Source: a virus. Taken from it: a stretch of 7,020 bases of DNA. The stretch lies in IMG/VR virus record IMGVR_UViG_3300045988_000403, positions 1-7,020 of that record. The stretch is one strand, 5' to 3'. Shown one piece after another: positions 5,961-7,020 of this stretch; within the stretch, counting starts at the first letter, position 1; every line of letters begins with the position of its first letter. The notes beneath the pieces are model-generated. The model saw nothing but the letters and a program-made list of their open reading frames with translations, made no database searches and was not told where the DNA came from. The position numbers and the translations under genes are program-made.

Positions 5961-7020
5961 TTAATTAGAATATGGCAAACCGTACATAGAGAACGGACGA
6001 ACAGCAACACAAGTATTAACACTACCAATGAGTAACTTATCATCGTTAACGGTACCCGACCACTGATTAACAAAGATAGGGTAAAGGAGAGACGGACGAC
6101 ATTTAAACAAATCATCGATACTACCATAGTTAGCAACAGACTGAGAGCCGAGATTTCGACGCCAAAGACGCAAGAAAGTTTCGTCATAACCAGTAACCCA
6201 AGATGCATAAGCGCCACAAAAACCACCTTCATAATAATCTCGAGCACTCTTTAATTCAGCATAACGAGGAGCATAACCATAAGTAACAGACATATCAATA
6301 GACGTAACAGACGATGAAACATCAGAAAAGTCAGGACACAGGCCAATTAAAGGCGCACTTAACTCACAACGATACTGAGTTTGCATACCAATGCTGTCGA
6401 GTTCAGGGATAGGAAAATCAGTAGCATCTGTCTTAAAAAGATTTCGATCAATACCGACACGAGAGAAATCCAGTTGAGGAACAGCACGATAAATACCAAT
6501 AATCATACCGTATGTAGAAGCAGTAAACTTACAACCAGCAGACAAATCACCAAGACCAATGGCTTTAATTTCTGGTTCACCACCATTCTGGAAGTTAGTG
6601 TTAACTTGAGGATTAATACTCAGAGTTTTATCATCACCACCGATAAAAATGGAAGTACGAGAATCAACATTAGGCTTAATACCAAAATGAGCAAGAACCT
6701 GACTAGCAAAATCAGGGTCATTACTATTCTGAATTTCCTTATATTTCTGCAAAGCAGTGGCAGAACGCAAAGCAGAAATCTTCAAAGAAGTATTTGCAGT
6801 TAAATCACCTTTAAAACCAAGCACTAAATTACCGGAACTAGAATGAAGACGAGTAACATTGCCATCAGGGGTGAGAGTAGGTGCCTGATTAGGTAATTCG
6901 AGATAATCATTAGGAGCAGAAGAAGCAGAATTAACTATAACACCCTGAGATTTATCAGCAGTATGAAAGATACTAAGAACAGCATCACTATTATTAAAAC
7001 CGACAGCGGCAGCACTTTCA
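5961..7020 (-). CDS. VP1: Major capsid protein, C-terminal part. Unique sequence is 5961-6965; 6966-7020 duplicates 1-55.
   Basis: The frame stays open from the window end down to the TAA at 5963-5961. The 'M' that opens the track ORF at 6824 is an internal GTG (Val). My hand translation upstream of it reads HTADKSQGVIVNSASSAPNDYLELPNQAPTLTPDGNVTRLHSSSGNLV-LGFKGD without a stop, and it joins in frame to ...SDAVLSIF, which is encoded at 18-1. Confidence 0.93.
   Translation of the reverse strand, partial: ESAAAVGFNNSDAVLSIFHTADKSQGVIVNSASSAPNDYLELPNQAPTLTPDGNVTRLHSSSGNLVLGFKGDLTANTSLKISALRSATALQKYKEIQNSNDPDFASQVLAHFGIKPNVDSRTSIFIGGDDKTLSINPQVNTNFQNGGEPEIKAIGLGDLSAGCKFTASTYGMIIGIYRAVPQLDFSRVGIDRNLFKTDATDFPIPELDSIGMQTQYRCELSAPLIGLCPDFSDVSSSVTSIDMSVTYGYAPRYAELKSARDYYEGGFCGAYASWVTGYDETFLRLWRRNLGSQSVANYGSIDDLFKCRPSLLYPIFVNQWSGTVNDDKLLIGSVNTCVAVRPFSMYGLPYSN
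6966..7020. repeat. Terminal redundancy, right copy, identical to 1-55.
   Basis: See the feature at 1-55. All 55 nt match exactly. Confidence 0.97.

Noticed and set aside
6381-6803. Plus-strand ORF 6381-6803 (140 aa).
   Set aside because: It is antisense to the capsid C-terminal half and is a low-complexity shadow ORF.

Overview
The window is one complete circular Microviridae (ssDNA phage) genome, shown as the reverse complement of its coding strand. Bases 1-55 are identical to 6966-7020, so the unit circle is 6,965 nt. Seven of the eight supported genes lie on the minus strand, which is T-rich, and they are tightly packed. In transcription order they are three small ORFs (a putative lipoprotein, a small membrane protein and a 69-aa protein), the HUH replication initiator (VP4/A-like, 517 aa), the major capsid protein, an acidic 149-aa scaffold-like protein, the DNA pilot protein (VP2/H-like, about 485 aa) and an intrinsic terminator. 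The major capsid protein (VP1/F-like) is 682 aa. It is split by the linearisation point and its N-terminal half is missing from the ORF track. Genes lack Shine-Dalgarno sequences, and TTTG-N19-21-TAnnTTTG promoters are present. Together with the long capsid protein, this suggests an Alpavirinae-like gut microvirus with a Bacteroidota host (inference). Points worth a second look: an opposite-strand 86-aa ORF with its own promoter that converges on the terminator; the lipoprotein and membrane-protein module upstream of Rep; a roughly 470-nt non-coding region holding a long imperfect hairpin built from alternating purine/pyrimidine tracts; and +1-frame overprinted ORFs, including a very hydrophobic one at the end of the capsid gene. 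I saw no tRNA, rRNA, CRISPR array, integrase or transposase.
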